Source of the DNA: Arenicellales bacterium | Lineage (GTDB): Bacteria; Pseudomonadota; Gammaproteobacteria; Arenicellales; JAJDZL01 | Assembly: GCA_965203865.1 (NCBI GenBank) | Contig: OZ241916.1 | Coordinates: 1,109,209-1,173,208, forward strand | Direction: 5' to 3' | DNA: 64,000 bases | Shown here: piece after piece, positions 58,573 through 64,000 of the stretch | Layout of the letters: every line of letters starts with the position of its first letter | Position numbering within the stretch: position 1 is the first letter of the stretch | Made by a program: the position numbers and the translations under genes | Notes under the pieces: model-generated | Database searches by the model: none | The model's input: the letters and a program-made list of their open reading frames with translations, nothing else | Told to the model about the DNA's origin: nothing

Positions 58573-59997
58573 ATGATAAATTCAGCAAGATACCATGCGC
58601 GACTTGGTGCTGTGCAGTATCTTTATGCACTGGCGGCAAGCCAAAACTCCGATCAATCCAATAGCGAGCATATTCTGGTTGACTCCAAGGTGCTTTTAGA
58701 AGGAGACTTGGTGCATTTTCGGAAACTACTGGTAGAAATTCCTGAAAATTTTACCCGCATAGACAGAATTCTTGAATCAGCCCTCGACCGTCGAATTGAA
58801 AGAGTCGACCAAGTTGAACTGGCGATTTTGCGATTGGGGGTTTTCGAGATGGTTTTGCTTGCGCAAGTACCGAAAAAAGTTGTTTTGAACGAATGCATTG
58901 AGCTTGCCAAAGAACTCGGAGATAAAAATAGCTACAAGTTCGTCAATGGCGTATTGGATAAAATTTCGAAAAATATCTCAACATTCTGGAATTCGGCGGT
59001 TGACGATTCAAAAAATGATTCGACAAAGTCAAGCGGTCAGCGAGATGAGTTCGCGTTAATTGATCGCTACTTTAAAAAACACATTCCAGATGTTTCAAAT
59101 GTGGTGGCGGGCATCGGCGACGATGCAGCTGTAGTACAGGTTGCTTCCAACAAATATCTGGTAGTTTCAACTGACAGCCTTGTTGCTGATGTTCATTTTT
59201 CGAGTGATGCAAATCCAGATGACATAGGATACAAGGCACTCTCGGTTACTATTAGCGATTTAGCAGCAATGGGGGCAGTTGCTTCTTACGCAACCTTGAA
59301 TCTCTCCGTTCCAAAAAAGAACGACCGTTGGCTAAAGAAGTTCAGCGAGGGATTTTTTGAAATTGCGTCTGAATACAACATATCGTTGATAGGAGGTGAT
59401 ACTGTACGCGGTCCTTTAAGTATTTCAGTGACTGCATTTGGTGTTGTTGAGGAAGAAGGATGGACTAGTCGAGCAGGAGCTGCTCCCGGAGACGATATTT
59501 TTGTTACGGGAACACTTGGCGATGCAGCTTTGGCCCTAAATGGGCGACGGGTCGATCTGTCATTGAGCAAAGAACAGGATATTTATTTGCAGCAAAGACT
59601 TAACCGTCCGGTGCCTAGAATTGAGGCAGGCAGGATATTGGGAACAGTCGCATCATCCATGATTGATCTGTCCGATGGGCTTTTAGCGGATTTGAATCAT
59701 ATTATTCAGTCAAGTAATGTTGGGGCCGATATCGAAATAGAGCGAATTCCAATTTCAAGTGCCTATCGACAAGTTGTATCAAGTGTTGGCTACGAGTTTG
59801 CAATTTCATGCGGCGATGACTACGAATTATGTTTCACGGTACCAGAAAACTGCAATGTAGATTGGAAGAATTTGCCTGAAATTGGAAGTTTACCAATTAC
59901 CTGCATAGGAAAAATCAGGGAGGGAAAGGGTTTGACATTGATTGATGGAACTGGAAATCGTATTGAGCCCGATCGACTTGGATACTCGCATTTTTAG
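58573..59997 (+). CDS. nusB-thiL: Fused NusB / thiamine-monophosphate kinase ThiL
   Basis: N-part ELAILRLG, VVLNECIELAK, FVNGVLDK; C-part EFALIDRYF, GIGDDAA, SDLAAMGA, GGDT, IDLSDGL, GDDYELCFT. Confidence 0.9.
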   Translation: MINSARYHARLGAVQYLYALAASQNSDQSNSEHILVDSKVLLEGDLVHFRKLLVEIPENFTRIDRILESALDRRIERVDQVELAILRLGVFEMVLLAQVPKKVVLNECIELAKELGDKNSYKFVNGVLDKISKNISTFWNSAVDDSKNDSTKSSGQRDEFALIDRYFKKHIPDVSNVVAGIGDDAAVVQVASNKYLVVSTDSLVADVHFSSDANPDDIGYKALSVTISDLAAMGAVASYATLNLSVPKKNDRWLKKFSEGFFEIASEYNISLIGGDTVRGPLSISVTAFGVVEEEGWTSRAGAAPGDDIFVTGTLGDAALALNGRRVDLSLSKEQDIYLQQRLNRPVPRIEAGRILGTVASSMIDLSDGLLADLNHIIQSSNVGADIEIERIPISSAYRQVVSSVGYEFAISCGDDYELCFTVPENCNVDWKNLPEIGSLPITCIGKIREGKGLTLIDGTGNRIEPDRLGYSHF

Positions 59998-60022
59998 TCG
60001 GTAAAGTTGAGTTTTGTGATTT

Positions 60023-60508
60023 TTGATTGAGAAAAAACTTCAGCAAATAGTCAAGAGTCCGTCTGGGTTTATAGCAAGCGGGTTCGGTGCTGGCTTGGTT
60101 CCTTACATACCGGGCACTGTTGGCACTGTATTAGGAGTTCCCATAGTTCTGCTTGCCCAGCCTTTTCCAATTCTGGTGCAGGGGGCACTTTACTTGCTTA
60201 TGTTTATGGTCGGTTGCAAGGTTTGCAGCGACTATGCGAAAGAACTTGGGGAAGATGACCCAAATGTCATTGTTTGGGATGAAATTGTTGGATATTGCTT
60301 TTCATTGCTGTTTCTGCCTGTGACTCCTGTCATTTTGCTGGCAGCGTTTGTTTTGTTTCGATTGTTTGATATCCTTAAACCATGGCCAATTTCTGTTGTG
60401 CAAAGAAAAGTCAAAGGCGGGTTTGGCATAATGCTGGACGACGTGATTGCGGGTATCGCTACAAATTTTTCATTGCATGTTCTGCTTTATTTGAATTTGT
60501 TGATGTAA
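60023..60508 (+). CDS. pgpA: Phosphatidylglycerophosphatase A
   Basis: GFGAG..PGTVGT, DPNVIVWDEIVG, FRLFDILKPWP, MLDD. Confidence 0.95.
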   Translation: MIEKKLQQIVKSPSGFIASGFGAGLVPYIPGTVGTVLGVPIVLLAQPFPILVQGALYLLMFMVGCKVCSDYAKELGEDDPNVIVWDEIVGYCFSLLFLPVTPVILLAAFVLFRLFDILKPWPISVVQRKVKGGFGIMLDDVIAGIATNFSLHVLLYLNLLM

Positions 60509-60560
60509 GCACTTGCAAAGATTTGTATAAATTTAATGTAAATGATTGCGGTGTTGAATA

Positions 60561-61001
60561 ATGGCTATAATCAAATTTAATTGGATTTTTTTAAAAAGGT
60601 ATTTTTCGAGGACTAAAAAATTGAAAATTGGATATAAGCAACTTTTAAATGAGGCAAATGCTCGAATCGAGACAATTTCTGTTGAAGATGCCAAGGTTCT
60701 GCATGGACAAAAAGATATACAGTTTATAGATTTGCGGGATATCCGGGAGCTAAAGGCAGAAGGTAAAATTCCCAGCGCATTTCATATGCCTCGCGGAATG
60801 CTGGAGTTTTGGATTGACCCGGACAGCCCCTATTTCAAGTCGGTTTTTTCAGGGAAGGTGAAATATGTTTTTTATTGCAAGTCTGGATGGAGGTCAGCTT
60901 TGGCAACCAATACAGCACAGGAGATGGGTCTTGAGAATGTTTGTCACATTGATGGCGGGTTTGACGCGTGGACAAAATCTGGTGCTTCCGTCGAAAAGTA
61001 A
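60561..61001 (+). CDS. Rhodanese-like domain protein
   Basis: DLRDIREL, PRGMLEFWIDP, YCKSGWRSA, GGFDAW; start may be TTG 60621. Confidence 0.88.
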   Translation: MAIIKFNWIFLKRYFSRTKKLKIGYKQLLNEANARIETISVEDAKVLHGQKDIQFIDLRDIRELKAEGKIPSAFHMPRGMLEFWIDPDSPYFKSVFSGKVKYVFYCKSGWRSALATNTAQEMGLENVCHIDGGFDAWTKSGASVEK

Positions 61002-61076
61002 TCGCGGCATCCTGTTAGCAATGCCAATGTCCTAGAAAACCTTGAAAATGTTGTTTTACACCCCCAAACTTAAGTT

Positions 61077-61802
61077 ATGTACTTCAAAAAATCTCAATTT
61101 ATAATTTTCTGTTCCGCAGTTCTTATGCTTGCATCTGGATATTCGGTAGCCGATGATGAAGTTGAAAAAATTCGAGCCGGTCTTGAATCGATGACAAGCG
61201 GTGGGATAGGTGAAATTGTGGAATCTCCGATGGAGGGCGTTTACGAAGTCCTGATTAATAATCGGCTGTACTATGTATACGCAAAAGGGAAGCATGTTCT
61301 TATAGGCTCTGTCTTCAATGTTGAGAGTGGCACCGAACTCAAGCAAGAGAAGGCAAAGCGGTTGATTCATCAGGCAGTAGAGGACACCCCGGTTGAACAA
61401 ATGGTTGTAATGAAACCTGCAGAATCTAAAAGGTACCTAACGGTATTTACGGATGTAGATTGCTTTTATTGCCGACGATTTCACAATGAAGTTCCCGAAT
61501 TGCTTGAAGCCGGGCTAGAAGTAAGGTACCTTGCATTTCCCAGGGCAGGAATTGGGTCGGAGAGCTACAAGGTGATGGTTTCGGTCTGGTGTGCTGAAGA
61601 TGCACCTCAGGCAATGACGGATGCAAAAAACGGACAAAAAATCAATGAAATGACCTGTCCAAATCCTGTGGCTGAACAGTATGAAGTTGGTGTAAATGCT
61701 GGTGTTCAAGGTACACCAACTTTAATCACCGACGATGGCGAAGTAATTTTCGGGTATGTTCCCTTTCAAGAGCTGCTCACAATGCTTGGACTCACTAGTT
61801 GA
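61077..61802 (+). CDS. dsbC: Thiol:disulfide isomerase DsbC
   Basis: Signal peptide, VFTDVDCFYC, YLAFPRAG, VWCA, GTP. Confidence 0.92.
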   Translation: MYFKKSQFIIFCSAVLMLASGYSVADDEVEKIRAGLESMTSGGIGEIVESPMEGVYEVLINNRLYYVYAKGKHVLIGSVFNVESGTELKQEKAKRLIHQAVEDTPVEQMVVMKPAESKRYLTVFTDVDCFYCRRFHNEVPELLEAGLEVRYLAFPRAGIGSESYKVMVSVWCAEDAPQAMTDAKNGQKINEMTCPNPVAEQYEVGVNAGVQGTPTLITDDGEVIFGYVPFQELLTMLGLTS

Positions 61803-61926
61803 AGTCCAGAGGTGAATTGGTCGGCGTTAGGTTCAGCATCGGACATTTTTCAACGAATTTGGTTTGTATATGTTTTTTCCAATACTTTGTAAACATTAAC
61901 CATCTATATAGCTGGTAGAGAAAATA

Positions 61927-62958
61927 ATGAGTGAAATTAAAGATAAAATGCTTCAGGCCACACTGAACCAAATTCGAAAGCAATTTGGCCAAGGTGCGAT
62001 TATGCGCTTGGGGGATGATGAAATCGATCGTAGCATTCAAGTTATTCCAACGGGTTCGCTTGGACTAGACTTGATTTTAGGCGTAGGCGGGCTCCCCCGT
62101 GGGCGTATTGTTGAAATATACGGACCTGAGGCATCAGGAAAAACTACCTTGACCTTGTCTGTAATCGCACAAGCGCAGAAATTGGGTGGGGTAGCTGCAT
62201 TCATAGATGCCGAGCATGCTCTGAATACCACTCATGCTGAAACTTTGGGTGTAAACCTTGACGACCTGCTTGTATCTCAGCCAGGAACTGGTGAAGAAGC
62301 GCTTGAAATTGCAGACCAGCTGGTGCGATCAGCTGCTATTGATGTGATTGTCGTGGATTCTGTTGCAGCATTAACGCCCAGAGCTGAAATTGACGGCGAA
62401 ATGGGAGACTCATTCATGGGCCTGCATGCGAGATTGATGTCGCAGGCGTTGCGCAAGTTAACAGGCAGTATCAACAGGTCCAAGACCTTGGTGATTTTTA
62501 TCAATCAAATTCGTATGAAAATTGGTCAAATTTACGGAAATCCCGAGGTGACGACGGGTGGCAATGCACTCAAGTTCTATTCTTCGGTTCGACTTGATAT
62601 TCGACGAATCGGGGCAATCAAAAAAGGGGATGAAGTTATTGGCAGCCATACCCGCGTCAAACTTGTCAAGAACAAGGTTGCACCTCCGTTCAAGCAGTGC
62701 GAGTTTGACATAATTTTTGATGAAGGAATCTCAAAAACGGGCGAGTTGGTGGATTTGGGAGTAGAGCATGGAATTGTCAAACGGGCAGGTGCCTGGTACA
62801 GTTTCGGCGAAGAAAGAATTGGTCAGGGACGCGACAATGTACGAGTATTCTTAAGTGAAAATCCGAATATTGCGGATAGTATTGAGACTCAGATCAAGGA
62901 AAAACTTAAAGTAGCCGAGCCAGTCGCAGAACCCAAAGAGGAAGCGGCCGCCGAGTAG
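61927..62958 (+). CDS. recA: Recombinase RecA
   Basis: [38 protein letters not shown]. Confidence 0.98.
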   Translation: MSEIKDKMLQATLNQIRKQFGQGAIMRLGDDEIDRSIQVIPTGSLGLDLILGVGGLPRGRIVEIYGPEASGKTTLTLSVIAQAQKLGGVAAFIDAEHALNTTHAETLGVNLDDLLVSQPGTGEEALEIADQLVRSAAIDVIVVDSVAALTPRAEIDGEMGDSFMGLHARLMSQALRKLTGSINRSKTLVIFINQIRMKIGQIYGNPEVTTGGNALKFYSSVRLDIRRIGAIKKGDEVIGSHTRVKLVKNKVAPPFKQCEFDIIFDEGISKTGELVDLGVEHGIVKRAGAWYSFGEERIGQGRDNVRVFLSENPNIADSIETQIKEKLKVAEPVAEPKEEAAAE

Positions 62959-62971
62959 CAGTAGATCTAAG

Positions 62972-64000
<1,029 letters not shown>

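Overview
Chromosomal window from a probable gammaproteobacterium, judged from the tgt-yajC-secDF, nrdR-ribD-ribE-ribB-ribH-nusB-thiL-pgpA and recA-recX-alaS gene order. Housekeeping content includes dapE, argD, a leucine/isovalerate (liu) operon, ispH and icmF. About 4.5-31 kb is a compact, all minus-strand island derived from the PFGI-1/pKLC102/ICEclc ICE family. It carries parA, a parB-like gene, DUF2857, an STY4528-like gene, ardC, a type IVb pilus operon and an MPF_G type IV secretion gene set. I see no integrase, relaxase, coupling protein, TraG/VirB6 or att repeat in the window. The most striking signal is a family of three tnpB-only elements: two with intact catalytic motifs (~1.24 kb) and one 421-bp internal deletion derivative. 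The two intact ones are bounded by 24-25 bp terminal inverted repeats and perfect 8-bp target-site duplications, and the third has decayed versions of both. This is a DDE/IS1595-like footprint, not the TIR-less, TSD-less footprint of IS200/IS605 or IS607. All family assignments come from motif recognition and gene order by eye; no database searches were run.
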